This document shows positions 34,398-47,263 of a stretch of DNA of 64,000 nucleotides, one piece after another. Source of the stretch: Neoconidiobolus thromboides FSU 785 (taxonomy: Eukaryota > Fungi > Entomophthoromycota). The notes under the pieces were generated by a model. That model saw nothing but the letters and a program-made list of their open reading frames with translations. It ran no database searches and was not told the origin of the DNA. The stretch lies in assembly GCA_025603075.1 (NCBI GenBank), contig MU626286.1:1-64000 (forward strand), in the 5' to 3' direction. The position numbers were made by a program, and so were the translations under genes. Numbering within the stretch: the stretch's first letter is position 1; each line of letters opens with the position of its first letter.

Positions 34398-36173
34398 CTA
34401 ATCTTCAATTATAAATTTAATATTCGATTTATCTTTTTTATCTCCCTTGTCAAGGAAAGCTTTTAACTATAGATTAAAACATAAATATAAGTTATGTACA
34501 ATTAGCATTTTAAAGCTTACTTTTTCTTTGGATACCATAATATCATAAACCTCTAATTTCTTGGCCATATCTGATGAAGATTGTATTGGTTTATAGCTTT
34601 CTTTACGAAATATTGTTTTATTTATTTTCTAAATTATATATAGATTTAAAATAATAAATTAGATATTCTATTAATACACTTACAATCATTTTTTTAACCT
34701 TAGCATTACAAGCATCTAATGTAAATGGCTCACTTCTCTTCCCCCCTTTTCTAATAATAAAAATATTAAATAAAATATTAATATAAAAATATAACCAACT
34801 TACTCATCCTCATCAATTTGTTTTTTAATTCCTTCTTGTTTATTTCTTTCATTTAAAACTAATAAAAATAAATTATAAATCTTTTCACAATTCAACTCCT
34901 ATATTAAACTTTACCTTTTAAAGCATCTCTAGCCATTTGTCCACCTGGCGTATTAGCCATAGCTAAAACCTGCCTTTAAAATCATCAACCTAACTCATAG
35001 AAAAATAATAATAGGTACACTTACTTCAATTTTTCCATTTTCTTATCTTTATTTTTTAAATCTTCCATTGTCATATTGCTTTCCCAAATAGAAGGATACA
35101 AAGATATTATTTCTTCATTATCCAATAAATAAGATTCCTGATTTGGTATTTTATCATATTGAGAATGTATTTTAATTTTTGAGGCGATATTTATTGATGT
35201 GTTGTAGATATTGTTAGATGAATAGTTATCATCATTAATTTCTTTATAATTAAACAGTTTAATCGTATGTGTACTATCGTTATTAGCGTCAATAATTTAT
35301 AAAGCTAAGTTAATAAAAGGGTAAAATTACCCGCTTGCTAATGCCATATTAGAACCTTGTAGTTTTTGTAAGAGTTTGATGCTGTGGTTGTCGCATATTT
35401 CTGATACATTACTTGAAAAAGCCCGATAAATTAAAACACAACTCATAATTTTAAAATCTTATATTTACCTATCCACAATTTTCTTACATTTACTTTCTTT
35501 GCAAAATTTTAATTTATCGGTTATACCGATTTTCAGCATATTAATCTGTTCTTTTTTACTATTCAAAAATAAACAAGGTCGACTATAATCCTAAGTTCAT
35601 TATTAGTATAGCCATCTAAAATTTTGAGATTTTGTTTTCTTTACCTCATTCCCTTGTAATAAAGTGGTTTCCCCACACAATATAACTTCTAATACTTCAG
35701 GTAGATTATAAAGGGCTAAATCAATATCTCTACAACAAAAAAGAGTTGGTTTTAATTCAATTCAAATCTTAAATCAACTACTTTAACTTACCTGTTATAT
35801 CTCTTATTCAAACTAATAATCATTGGAGTAACAAAAGATAATTTCTTCAAATCCATGACTTCCAAAACGACATAAGCATTCCCAAAACTACCACTTATCA
35901 ATCTTGGAGTAGATTTGATCATCCCATAGAAATTATTTTTGGTATTAGTTTGATTGATATCTAGTCTTGAGTTTAATGGTTGAAATTGTTTCTTTTGGAT
36001 GATGTTTAAGATGCGTTCATTTCTATTGAGGATAATGAAAAAGAATTAGAATCGTGAGTAGGTAAGCGGCAAGGGAATAAAGGAGGGAACAGATAAATGA
36101 CTTACACTTTTTTAAATTTTCTTCCTAATTTACTTTCTAATATTGAAAATTGTTCTTCCCTTGTAATGGACAT
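34398..36173 (-). CDS. MCM10: Minichromosome maintenance protein 10 (Mcm10/Cdc23)-like; multi-exon
   Basis: OB-fold-like GMIKSTPRLISGSFGNAYVVLEVMDL, then MLKIGITDKLKFCK..CKKIVD...EICDNH (CCCH zinc finger pattern) and NMALASG. Confidence 0.7.
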
Positions 36174-37019
36174 AGTGAATTGAATTTTGTTTTTTTACTG
36201 ACTTCGATTGGATAAAAAGTTAAGAAATGAAAATTTAAAAATCGCGTATTCAACTCATTCATTCACCCAAATGAGCAGATCCTGCCAGCTAAAAAAGCTG
36301 GATTTCATTACTATCACAATAAAGATGTCTAGTTAACGAAATTGACTTTTGAAAATTAACCAAATGCTAGTAAAATTTTGGTTTAAATCATAATAAATCA
36401 AGGAGTATCACGATGCTAGTATATTAAAGGCTATGGTACCTTTTGTATACATAGTAAGGGAAAAAATAATATTTGAATAAAAAACGGCCATTTAAAACTA
36501 CAAAGTATTAAATTTAAAAAAAACACCTCAAAAGTCCACACTAACTATCAATTAGATCCAAAAATTAATTTACTGGTTAGGCATTTCAACACCTATAACT
36601 AAACGCAGCCGCAAAATTGAAAATTAATTTGTAATGAAATGGAATAACTTAGCAATTTGCGTCTTATTTGATAACATTTTTGATTAAATTTGAATAAAAA
36701 AACTCACTTATACTTTTGATAGTATACACTTTTTTATCACTTGTGATTTAAAAAAATTATATTAATTTTTTAGATATAAAAACATACCTTTAATACTTTA
36801 TTTTCTTGAAAGAATAAGTTTAAAAATCTTGTTTAGATTTAAAAAAGATTATTCCCCAGCTATGTTTTTACTGGACTACTTTTAAAAAACAAGTACTTTT
36901 CATATAACTAATAAAATTTGTAGTCGAATTATGTAGTTGAATAGTATTTTAAAGTACAAATTGAAATTGTTGAAAACAAATTTCATAATTTCATAAAATC
37001 TATCCCTTACTTTCTTAGT

Positions 37020-38260
37020 CAAGCCCAACATGGGTGACAATTCAATAATTCAGTCAATGTTCTACAAATGCGTAAAGTCTCATTATGGTTGATTGGCTAT
37101 TGAGTTAGTAAACAAATATTAAGTATAAGTTTATGAAACATTCAAATAGTTTCTAGGACTGTTATACAATGATGACAACAACAGAAATGATAATACAGCA
37201 ATAAAAATGTCGAAAAAAGAATGAGAATAAATTCTTCTCGCTACATGGATTCATTAAAATTGCTCAAAGATTACTTATGCCAACTTGAAATACTTAATCT
37301 TATTCAAAATAATACAACTATTGAAGATACAGCTGAGTATGTAATCATTAGTATATTAAGATCGCTTGCAATTTTATCTAAAGACATTTTTGTTTTTGAT
37401 GGGTTAGATACAATTAAAACAAAATTTAGTAAATTGAAGTCATTGAGTTCAAAGTGTTATGAACATCAATGTGGGGTGCCATTGAGGCTAATCCTAATGT
37501 GAATTTTATACTAAGTTTGAAGTCAAAGGTTGAAGGAGAACCCAATAACTTTATAAACCATCTTGGTGATCTAAGAGAGTTAGAGTATAAAATTTATAGA
37601 TACTTATGGTTTGAATTTTGATTTTAACGAGAATAATAAAAAAGTAGTAAAAAGCAGTAATACTATCACTTGGGGCTACTTTGATTCGAAAATTATAATG
37701 AGTTGTAACTTATTGAATTTGTCTTTATCATAGGTTTTTTTATTTTCCTATGAAAGCGTTGAAATCAATTTCTTTATAAATAAGGATGTTTTTTTTGATT
37801 TCATTTTTCCATTTTTAAGCGCTATTTGAGTGGAAAGATTGTTAGTAAAATTCTTAAATACAAAAAACATCTCCAAATGTTCAAATTATCTATTTTTATG
37901 ACTTAATTTTTTATACGAAAGGAATATTTGATAAGCCTTGTTCAAATAAAAGTTATCTTTATAGTGGAAAGTATAATCCAATGGGATATAGTTTAGTTAC
38001 ATAAAGCAAATTATATTTTATGAATCTAATGACATGTTTGAGGATTTACTTCCTATCTTTATTTCTTAATTTTAAAGTATTAAATCAAGTATTTACTTCA
38101 AGAAAAGTACAAGTCTAGAAACTAAGTATAGACCTACTGCCTTTTCATCATTTATTATATCTAATAAAAGGAGTATGAATAAGCCAGTTATAATGCCATA
38201 GAAAAAACTGCAATGTCAAGTGGATGAACCACCCTTTAATAACGATTATTATAATGATTA
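37020..38260 (+). pseudogene. Decayed F-box-like/LRR-like gene, family copy 2, interrupted by a MITE
   Basis: LKLLKDYLCQLEILNLIQ..LRSLAILSKDIFVFDGLDTIKTKFSKLKSL aligns with copy 1. Nucleotide similarity continues on both sides of the MITE. Confidence 0.6.
37778..37878 (-). mobile_element. MITE copy 16 (reverse orientation)
   Basis: AAAT-AAGGATGTTTTTTT...ACATCTCC-AAAT; direct AAAT duplication. Confidence 0.88.
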
Positions 38261-39593
38261 GTACGATAATTAATTTTAAACAAATCACTATCTTAAGCTT
38301 AATTTTATTATTATCGATTTTAAAATTATATATTCAAAAAATCCTAAAATTAGACTTCTGAGCAATTTATTACTGGAAGTAAGCAATAATACAATGAACT
38401 AATCTATATGTATTTAATTTTAAACTTTATTGTAAAATTTGATCAATTACTATATCATATTGAATCAAAATCGAGTTAAGACAATGTAGGTAAGAAACAG
38501 TTAAAAGATAACCAGTACATTAAAGTATTTGGTGTACATAAGGTTTTTATTTATAGGCTATATTATCTTAGGAGTTGATTTTTTTAAAAGTCATGAAAGA
38601 GTCAATATGGTCAAATGCCTTATTTATGGAAGAATCACGAAAAGTGATAGAGGAGATAGAATGAAAATGGAAAGCTATGCAAATTCAAAAATCGTTTAAT
38701 CTTCGGTAGTTATTTGAGGACTAAAGACCTTTCTTCTGACTGGGAAGGATCAGAGTTAACCTTTTTTATAACCTTAACTTATTGTAAATTTACAAACTAA
38801 AAATAGAGATCAAGTCTGAGATCAAGATTGTAAGCCTTAATCCTAGAGTTAATATTAATTCAAAATTAAAGCTGGTGGTGATCTAAAAGTAATATAATAA
38901 AGATAAGCATATTTTTCATTAACGGGACTCATACAACCTTGGGATTTTAGGCCTCAAATAAACCTAAAAAAGATGAATTCTAAATAAGTTCTTAAATTCA
39001 CTATGTGAGTTGTGATTAAAAATGCAGTAAATTGAAAAATGTGTAAACTGGAATAGTAATAGATTATTTACCGAAAAACATTTAATAAATCACATATTTT
39101 ATAATTTAATATATTAGATTAGAACTTTATCTTGGAATATTACTGCTTAAAAGTTTACAAACTGTGTAAAATTTTACTTTAAGCTTTTCTAAGGATCCAG
39201 TTTCATTTTAAGCTTTTTATCATTTGTTTCAATTTAAGCTTAAAAAAATATAATTTTTAATCTTAAAGAATACATATAGAGAAGAGAGTTTAAGAAAATA
39301 CTAAAATGTGATGACAATTTTTCAGTAATTAATTTCCTACAAGCTAAATCTGGGTGTTCCAAAATCAAGGTTAGTGACGATAAGAAAAATTTCAGTTCAA
39401 GCTAGGGAATAGCTTGAAGCCGAAATTCTGATGACCTTATAATAAATTGCATACGTATATAAATAAACAATAATACTTCAAGATAAAGTTAGCTTTTTAA
39501 TAGAATTAGTTTGATTTCGGTACAAATCACTCTTACAATAGAAATTAGTGTATCTTTTAGTTCATTTACTAGTTAACAATAGCTTTCAAAAAA

Positions 39594-42500
39594 ATGAAAG
39601 ACAAAGTTAAACAAATAGACATCGTTGAGCATTTACTTAGCGTTGAAGAAGTTATCAAGCGATATGAAACTTCTATTAATATTAATAAACCAGCTGAGAG
39701 TCATGGTTTAGGTGAAGAGCAAATCAAGAAAGGTAGAGAAGTTTATGGGCCAAATTTACTGAGTCCAGCAAAACGTAAACATCCATTTGTCAGGTTTTTA
39801 GAATGCTTGGGCAATCTGTTCAATGTTCTTATGATATTAGCTGGTTTAATGACATTTATCATCTTTGCCATAGACCCTGCCAATAATTTTTCTTCTTCTT
39901 ATGTGGGTGCCATCTTAGTTGGAGTATCTATCCTTAATGCAATTATTGAGTTTATTCAATTACAGAAATCTGCAAACGCTTTAGAAGCTTTCCTTAATAT
40001 GATCCCCCAGCAATGTCGCGTAGTACGTAATAGTTCTTTAAATCAGATACCAGGTGCTGAATTAGTACCTGGTGACATTGTGTTTGTTCGATTAGGTGAT
40101 AAGATCCCTGCTGATTTATATATGTTTAATGTTTCTGAAATGAAAGTTGATAATTCTTCACTTACAGGAGAGTCAGAACCACAACCACGTACCGTTGATA
40201 ATGCTATGAAAAACCCACTTGAAGCACATAATATTGGTTTTAATGGAACTTTAGTAGTTGCTGGAGAAGGTTATGGGATTGTTATTAAAACTGGTGATTC
40301 TACCGTGCTAGGCCAAATTGCCGGTTTAACAGCCAATGAAAAGAAGAGTCCTTCCCCACTCTCAGTAGAGGTTAACGTCTATGTTAAGCTTGTTGCTTCA
40401 GTAGCTTTCTTGACTGGTTTTATTTTCTTCTTATTAGGGCTTACCAAAGGAATGGCATTAAAAGATTGTTTAACTTTTGGTGTAGGTGTTTTCTGTGGTT
40501 GGGTACCAGAAGGTCTTCCAGCCACATTAACTATGTTGCTTACTTTTGCTGCTAAGCGTATGGCTACTCAAAATGTTTTAGTAAAAGATCTTCATGGGGT
40601 TGAAACTTTAGGAGCAATTACTCTCCTTGCTACTGATAAGACTGGTACCCTTACTCGTAATCAAATGACAGTTACTAGTGTCTGGGCATCTAACAAACTT
40701 TATGCTTCATTAAGAAACTTGAATAATATAAATAACCCTGTTCAAGTTAGTTCTTCTGGAATGACAGAAATTTTATTAAATTGCTCATTAAATTCTAGAG
40801 CTAAATTTGATCGTACCGATGTCCCAATTGACAAAAGAGAAATCATTGGTGATGCCACTGAAGCTGGTCTTATTCGATTTGCCGCTCAAAGTCAAGACGA
40901 TTTTGATGAACTTCAAATCAAATACCCTCGAGTTTTTGATGTTCCATTTAATTCAGATAATAAATGGGCAATGACTATTAGTCAAGTCCCTCATGCTAAT
41001 GGTGACCTTACTCTTTACTTAAAAGGTGCTCCAGAAAGAGTGTTAAATCTTTGTTCAACAATCTTCATGAGCGGACAAGCCATTCCACTTACTGAGGAGC
41101 ATAAAGCCCAATTCCAAGAAACTTATGAAAATATGGCTGGTAAAGGGCATCGTGTACTTGCATTTGCTCAACTATTATTACCTGGAGACAAATTTCCTAA
41201 AGATTTTATATTTGATAAGAAAGCCAAAAACTATCCTACAACGAATTTAACCTTTGTAGGGCTCACTTCATTAGAAGATCCTCCAAAACATGGTGTACGT
41301 GAAGCTATTGGTATGTGTAGAACTGCGGGTATTCGTGTAATGATGGTAACTGGTGATCACCCACTTACTGCTGAAGCCATTGGACGTAAAATCAATTTGA
41401 TGCTTTCTGATACCAAACCAATGGTTGCTAAGAGAACTGGACGTCCAATCGAATCTATTGAAGAAGATGAATATGATGCTATTGTTATCCATGGTGAGCA
41501 AATTGATGGATTAAGTAACTTGGAATGGGACAATATTTTTTCTAAAAGCGAAATTATATTTGCTCGTACTTCCCCACGTCATAAGCTTGAAATTGTTAAA
41601 CGCGCTCAATCTATGGGACACATCGTTGGTGTAACTGGCGATGGTGTCAATGATTCTCCAGCTTTAAAAAAAGCAGACCTTGGTATTGCAATGAATGAAT
41701 CTGGCTCTGATGTATCTAAAGAAGCTGCATCTATGATTTTACTTGATGATAACTTTGCCTCTACTATTCGTGGTATTGAAGAAGGTCGTCTTATCTTTGC
41801 TAATCTTAAAAAATCTATCCGTTATACAGTAACCCATACTATGCCAGAAGTTATTCCACAGTTACTTTATATTGCTGTACCTATACCACTTCTCTTAAAT
41901 GCTCTTCAAATTATTTCTCTTGATCTTGGTTATGAACTTTGTTTAGCTTTATCCTTTGCTTGGGATAAACCAGAAACAAAAACAGGTCTTATGAGACTTG
42001 CACCACGTAAACCAGTAACTAAAGAATCGGTAGAAAGATTTCGTAGAGTAAAATCTCGTGAGATTCAAGCTAAAAGAGATCCAGAAACTGGTGAAGAAAT
42101 TAAGGCTTCAGGTTTCAAAAGAATGATTCATAATATTTCAAGGTTGTTTACTATGACTTATTGGAAAGAATTAATTGAAAAAACCGACAATGAGGTTATT
42201 GTTGATGTCGAATTAATATCATGGGCTTTCTTTGAAGCTGGTCTCCTTGAATTTACCGGTGCTGCCGTTGGCTCTTTCTTTTTATTAAATTATCGTGGTA
42301 TTGGGTTTTATGATTCTATTAAACTACAGAATGATTTTGCCTTCTCAGATTTACCAGATAGAAACACTTTGTTTTCGGTAAGTAGTGGACAGCAATTCAC
42401 ACGAACTGAATTATTGGAAATATTAGCCCAATTTGAAACTGTGTATACTTATTCAGTAGTCGTTATACAAGCCTTTAATATGTTCTGTTGTAAATCCAGA

Positions 42501-42806
42501 ATCACCTATCCATTTGGAAAACACATCTTTACTAATTATCGTAATTTCGTTGGTATGGTATTAGGTTTTGTATTAATGGGTTTTCTCGTTTACTGCCCTG
42601 GTGTTAACACAGTATTTAATCTTTCACCTAATGTCCCTCTTTCCTTCCTTGCTGGCCCTATCCTTACTGGTTCCGTTTTGCTATGCTATTCTAGCTTAAG
42701 ATTCTTCCTTATACAACGTTTTAGACCAATCAAGTTTAATCCAGCAGTTCAAGGATTGATGATGCATCCTACTGTACGTACCATTATTCCTGCTTCAAAA
42801 TCTTAA
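39594..42806 (+). CDS. P-type ATPase, type IIC-like (Na+/K+- or H+/K+-ATPase alpha related), intronless, 1070 aa
   Basis: DNSSLTGESEP, VPEGL, DKTGTLT phosphorylation site, KGAPE, MVTGDHPLTA, VTGDGVNDSPALKKAD, KKSIRYT. Confidence 0.95.
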   Translation: MKDKVKQIDIVEHLLSVEEVIKRYETSININKPAESHGLGEEQIKKGREVYGPNLLSPAKRKHPFVRFLECLGNLFNVLMILAGLMTFIIFAIDPANNFSSSYVGAILVGVSILNAIIEFIQLQKSANALEAFLNMIPQQCRVVRNSSLNQIPGAELVPGDIVFVRLGDKIPADLYMFNVSEMKVDNSSLTGESEPQPRTVDNAMKNPLEAHNIGFNGTLVVAGEGYGIVIKTGDSTVLGQIAGLTANEKKSPSPLSVEVNVYVKLVASVAFLTGFIFFLLGLTKGMALKDCLTFGVGVFCGWVPEGLPATLTMLLTFAAKRMATQNVLVKDLHGVETLGAITLLATDKTGTLTRNQMTVTSVWASNKLYASLRNLNNINNPVQVSSSGMTEILLNCSLNSRAKFDRTDVPIDKREIIGDATEAGLIRFAAQSQDDFDELQIKYPRVFDVPFNSDNKWAMTISQVPHANGDLTLYLKGAPERVLNLCSTIFMSGQAIPLTEEHKAQFQETYENMAGKGHRVLAFAQLLLPGDKFPKDFIFDKKAKNYPTTNLTFVGLTSLEDPPKHGVREAIGMCRTAGIRVMMVTGDHPLTAEAIGRKINLMLSDTKPMVAKRTGRPIESIEEDEYDAIVIHGEQIDGLSNLEWDNIFSKSEIIFARTSPRHKLEIVKRAQSMGHIVGVTGDGVNDSPALKKADLGIAMNESGSDVSKEAASMILLDDNFASTIRGIEEGRLIFANLKKSIRYTVTHTMPEVIPQLLYIAVPIPLLLNALQIISLDLGYELCLALSFAWDKPETKTGLMRLAPRKPVTKESVERFRRVKSREIQAKRDPETGEEIKASGFKRMIHNISRLFTMTYWKELIEKTDNEVIVDVELISWAFFEAGLLEFTGAAVGSFFLLNYRGIGFYDSIKLQNDFAFSDLPDRNTLFSVSSGQQFTRTELLEILAQFETVYTYSVVVIQAFNMFCCKSRITYPFGKHIFTNYRNFVGMVLGFVLMGFLVYCPGVNTVFNLSPNVPLSFLAGPILTGSVLLCYSSLRFFLIQRFRPIKFNPAVQGLMMHPTVRTIIPASKS

Positions 42807-43030
42807 TTACCTTTACTTGAGCTTATGTTATATTAACCTTTAATAAAATTAGTTAGTTTTATTTTTTAATTATCTTAATTCAGTTATAAAGTTAGAATTT
42901 TAAAGTTCTATATTGATTGAATAACTGCTATTTATTTTAACCGAAATTATCTATAAGTAATGATAATGTATGCCGCTTTCATTAAAATAAACTTGATCTA
43001 TTCCATTTAAAACCTTTATCCTATATAAAT

Positions 43031-43133
43031 ATATGAGGCTATGTTTTTTCGTTTAAGAATTTTACTAACACTTTCCACTCAAATAGCGCTTAAAAATGAA
43101 AAAGTAATGAAATCAAAAAAAACATCCCCATAT
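43031..43133 (+). mobile_element. MITE copy 17
   Basis: ATAT-GAGGCTATGTTTTTT...ACATCCCC-ATAT plus core. Confidence 0.88.
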
Positions 43134-44938
43134 AATACTGAATAAAGCTGAGTTAAGCTGTGACTTTTTAATGGATAAAGTGGAAGGAGCTATCACACTG
43201 AAAGCTATATATAGCTGCTATCATTTTTATATTTGATATAGCAAAATTTTTAATTTTTCAAATCGTAGCTCAGTTATAAATGACTGGTTAATAAACCTCA
43301 CTCCCTTGTCTGGTAAACAATCCTTAATCCCTTTTCCCCTTTAGGATTATTATAAAGAAACATTTATTCATAGTGGATTTAGTTACCAATTATTTTGCAG
43401 TCTTAAGGATAATATAAGCCCATCGCTTCTTCATTTGCCTAAATCTAAACTACTTTTAGTATAAAGTTTCATCATTGTACTTCTAGATTCTCATAAACTC
43501 ATCCGTTTCATCTTGGGTCTTATATTAAGTTTAATACCCTTGCTTATGTCTCTAATTGCTAATTTATATCCACCTCCTTTATGAAATATTTAATGTATTC
43601 ATATCAAAGCTCCTTTCTCAAAAGAAATTATAAGTACATTAGTGTCGTTCCTCTTCACAAATAGAAGCTTATTTGGATCGATGACTAAATAGACTGAAGT
43701 CTATCTAACCAGAAATAAAAGCACAGAAAAACCCTTACCTTTTGGCCTTTTTTTGCCATTGTAGTTACTTTTTTTCTATTGATAAGTTACTTTGCAATGT
43801 AACAACTCTTTAGACGATATAAGTATAATTAAAAAGAGAGCCTCATGTCAAAAAAAGTAATATTAAATATATAGTATCTCTTATAAAAATAAGTCCCTAT
43901 ATTATATGAAATTTTAAATTTTTTAAAGCATTAATTATTATTTTATTATTGTATATTCAAAGTTGATTTTATATAAAATATTCAAAGTTCAATAGTAGTT
44001 TTGCAATGCAACTCATAAAGAATGAAAATAATTTAATAAAGCATCAACTAAATGTAAACTTCAACTATATTTATTAAATAAAACCAAAAAAATAAAATAT
44101 AAAGTATAATTCATAATTTATAATTTATCAAAATTAAAGAAATATATAATAATTTATTGCTAACAATCAAAGTAAATACATTAATACAGTCTCTAGTATA
44201 TATGTTATCTATTATAGTGATTTGAAAACTGAAGATAATAATTCGCTACATTTTTGGCTTTATTTTATTTTTTTAACGTTATCAATAACATTTATATTGA
44301 AGCTAAAATCTTTTAAACAATAGATAATTTTCAAATTTTTTATATATTGAATTTTTTAATTTTATTTATAAATATGATTATTATCTATACTACTTATTTA
44401 CTGCTTAATTTTTAATAATTTATAGCTTTTGTATATTAAATAATTGGAGTTTACTATGTTTTCAAAAACTTATTAAATTACAGCTTATCCAACTTCGTCG
44501 CGATCCAATTAACTATTCATTTAAGAATAAAATTATCATAAAACTGGGCATTAAACATCTGCCAAACAAATAATTAGCCCTAAAACCACTGCAAATTAAG
44601 TCATAATAGAGTTGAAATAGTCATATTGCTTTATAATTTTATTTTGTATTTGTAGTTTGTATGAATTGGAGGTTGTGTTCCTTTTAGAAACAGCCTCAGA
44701 TTTTATATACTAGTATTTTAAAGGTATTCACTGTAAATTATATCATCCTTAGTATTAAGTATTTTATGGTAAAAAGAATGTAAAATTACAATCAAATATA
44801 CTCAAAATCAAACATTTCGTATTTTTGTTATATTTAAATAATAATTATAAATTAAGTTATTTTTAATGTTATTATTGAAGTATGTAAAATTGTTTATTTT
44901 CTAAATAAGTTTGAAAATAAAGATAAACTAAATAAAGC

Positions 44939-44950
44939 TAGAACATTCTA
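44939..44950. promoter_or_regulatory. Possible heat-shock element (two nGAAn units) ~200 bp upstream of HSP90
   Basis: taGAAcaTTCta; only two perfect units are present. Confidence 0.35.
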
Positions 44951-45145
44951 CTGTTTTCGCTTAAAATCTCTACCAAGTTTAATCATAGTATCCCCTTTAT
45001 GAATAGCGAACATGATTGGTTAGTTCATAAACTAATTCGAATGTAAGCAAAGTTTATGAAATGCAAAAAAAATATAAATACAAGGAATTCAACATATTAT
45101 CAAGGAATAGTTTGATTAAATTTTTTACTACTCTATCTAGAAAAT

Positions 45146-47263
45146 ATGTCTAACACTGAAACCTTTGCCTTTCAGGCTGAAATCAGCCAATTGATGTCTC
45201 TTATCATCAATACTTTCTACTCCAATAAAGAAATTTTCTTACGTGAATTGGTATCCAACGCTTCTGATGCTTTAGATAAAATCCGTTATCAATCCCTCAC
45301 TGACCCATCAGTTCTTGAATCTGAACCAAATCTTTATATCCGTATTACTCCAGACAAAGAAAACAATATTCTTACCATCCGTGATACTGGTATTGGTATG
45401 ACCAAAGCTGACTTAGTTAACAATTTAGGTACGATTGCCAAGTCCGGTACTAAAGCTTTCATGGAAGCCCTTTCTTCCGGTGCTGATATTTCCATGATTG
45501 GTCAATTCGGTGTTGGTTTCTACTCCGCCTATCTTGCTGCTGATAAGGTCGAAGTCATTACTAAACATAATGATGATGAACAATACATTTGGGAATCCGC
45601 TGCTGGTGGTTCTTTCACTATCACCCGTGATACTGTTAATGAACCATTAGGTCGTGGTACTGAAATGCGTCTTTACCTCAAAGAAGATCAACTTGAATAC
45701 CTCGAAGAAAAACGTATCAAGGAAATCATCAAGAAACACTCCGAGTTCATTGGATATCCAATCCAACTTGTAGTTGAGAAAGAAGTCGAAAGAGAAATCG
45801 AAGACGAAACTGCTGAAGATGAAGATGAAATCAAGGCTGAAGAAAAAGATGAAGACAAACCAAAGGTTGAAGAAGTTGAAGATGAAGCTGAAGAATCTAA
45901 AAAGAAGACCAAGACCGTCAAAGAACTCAAAAAGGAAACTGAAGAACTTAACAAGACTAAGCCTCTCTGGACCCGTAACCCAGAAGATATTACTACTGAA
46001 GAATATGCTTCTTTCTACAAATCTCTTACCAATGACTGGGAAGACCATCTCTCAGTAAAACATTTCTCTGTTGAAGGTCAACTTGAGTTCCGTGCCCTTT
46101 TATTCGTACCAAAGCGTGCTCCATTCGATCTCTTTGAATCCAAGAAGAAGAAGAACAACATTAAGCTTTACGTACGTCGTGTATTTATTATGGATGATTG
46201 TGAAGAACTCATCCCAGAATGGCTTAACTTTGTTAAAGGTATTGTTGATTCTGAAGATCTTCCACTTAATATTTCCCGTGAAACTCTTCAACAAAACAAG
46301 ATCCTTAAAGTTATCCGCAAGAACATTGTCAAGAAATGTATTGAAATGTTCATTGAAATTGCTGAAGATAAAGAAAACTTCAACAAATTCTATGAAGCCT
46401 TCTCCAAGAATCTTAAACTTGGTATCCACGAAGATTCTCAAAACCGTGCCAAACTTTCTGAATTCCTTCGTTACTCATCCACAAAATCCGGTGATGAACC
46501 AACTTCATTAAAGGATTACGTTACTCGTATGCCAGAGAAGCAAAAGGATATCTACTACATCACTGGTGAATCCAAAGCTGCCGTTGAAAACTCACCTTTC
46601 CTTGAAGTCTTAAAGAAGAAGGGTTATGAAGTTCTTTATATGATTGACCCAATTGATGAATACTGTGTACAACAACTTAAAGAGTACGATGGTAAGAAAT
46701 TAGTATCAGTTACCAAGGAAGGTCTTGAATTTGAAGAAGATGAAGAAGAAAAGAAGAGACGTGAAGAAGAAGCTAAGGCTTACGAAAACCTTTGCACTGT
46801 TGTTAAGGAAGTTCTTGGTGCCAATGTTGAAAAGGTAGTACTTTCTAACCGTATCTCTAACTCTCCATGTGTCCTTGTTACTGGACAATTCGGATGGTCA
46901 GCCAATATGGAACGTATCATGAAAGCTCAAGCTCTCCGTGATACCACTATGTCCTCATACATGGCTTCTAAGAAGACCTTAGAAATCAACCCAGAACATC
47001 CAATCATCAAAGCCCTTAAAGAAAAGGTTGATGCTGATAAAGAAGATAAGACTGCTAAAGATCTTACCCATCTCTTATATGAAACTGCTCTCCTTACCTC
47101 AGGTTTCTCATTAGAAGAGCCATCTAACTTTGCTTCTCGTATCCATCGTATGATTAAGCTTGGTTTATCTCTTGATACTGAAGAAGAACCAGTTGCTGAA
47201 ATTGAAACTCAAGAAGTACCAGAATTAGAATCTGCTGAATCCAAGATGGAAGAACTTGACTAA
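45146..47263 (+). CDS. HSP90: Cytosolic Hsp90 (intronless, 705 aa)
   Basis: [55 protein letters not shown]; ends MEELD; strongly C-biased codons. Confidence 0.99.
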   Translation: MSNTETFAFQAEISQLMSLIINTFYSNKEIFLRELVSNASDALDKIRYQSLTDPSVLESEPNLYIRITPDKENNILTIRDTGIGMTKADLVNNLGTIAKSGTKAFMEALSSGADISMIGQFGVGFYSAYLAADKVEVITKHNDDEQYIWESAAGGSFTITRDTVNEPLGRGTEMRLYLKEDQLEYLEEKRIKEIIKKHSEFIGYPIQLVVEKEVEREIEDETAEDEDEIKAEEKDEDKPKVEEVEDEAEESKKKTKTVKELKKETEELNKTKPLWTRNPEDITTEEYASFYKSLTNDWEDHLSVKHFSVEGQLEFRALLFVPKRAPFDLFESKKKKNNIKLYVRRVFIMDDCEELIPEWLNFVKGIVDSEDLPLNISRETLQQNKILKVIRKNIVKKCIEMFIEIAEDKENFNKFYEAFSKNLKLGIHEDSQNRAKLSEFLRYSSTKSGDEPTSLKDYVTRMPEKQKDIYYITGESKAAVENSPFLEVLKKKGYEVLYMIDPIDEYCVQQLKEYDGKKLVSVTKEGLEFEEDEEEKKRREEEAKAYENLCTVVKEVLGANVEKVVLSNRISNSPCVLVTGQFGWSANMERIMKAQALRDTTMSSYMASKKTLEINPEHPIIKALKEKVDADKEDKTAKDLTHLLYETALLTSGFSLEEPSNFASRIHRMIKLGLSLDTEEEPVAEIETQEVPELESAESKMEELD

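Noticed and set aside
43280-43760. ATG-GCAAAAAAAGGCCAAAAG|GTAAG start of a possible decayed minus-strand gene
   Set aside because: All downstream frames close quickly and no family is recognisable.
45647-46888. Several antisense and alternate-frame ORFs inside HSP90 (also 41271-41501, 28363-28602, 29043-29276, 6856-7116, 62083-62903)
   Set aside because: They are explained by codon bias of the real gene on the other strand or frame and have no independent motifs.
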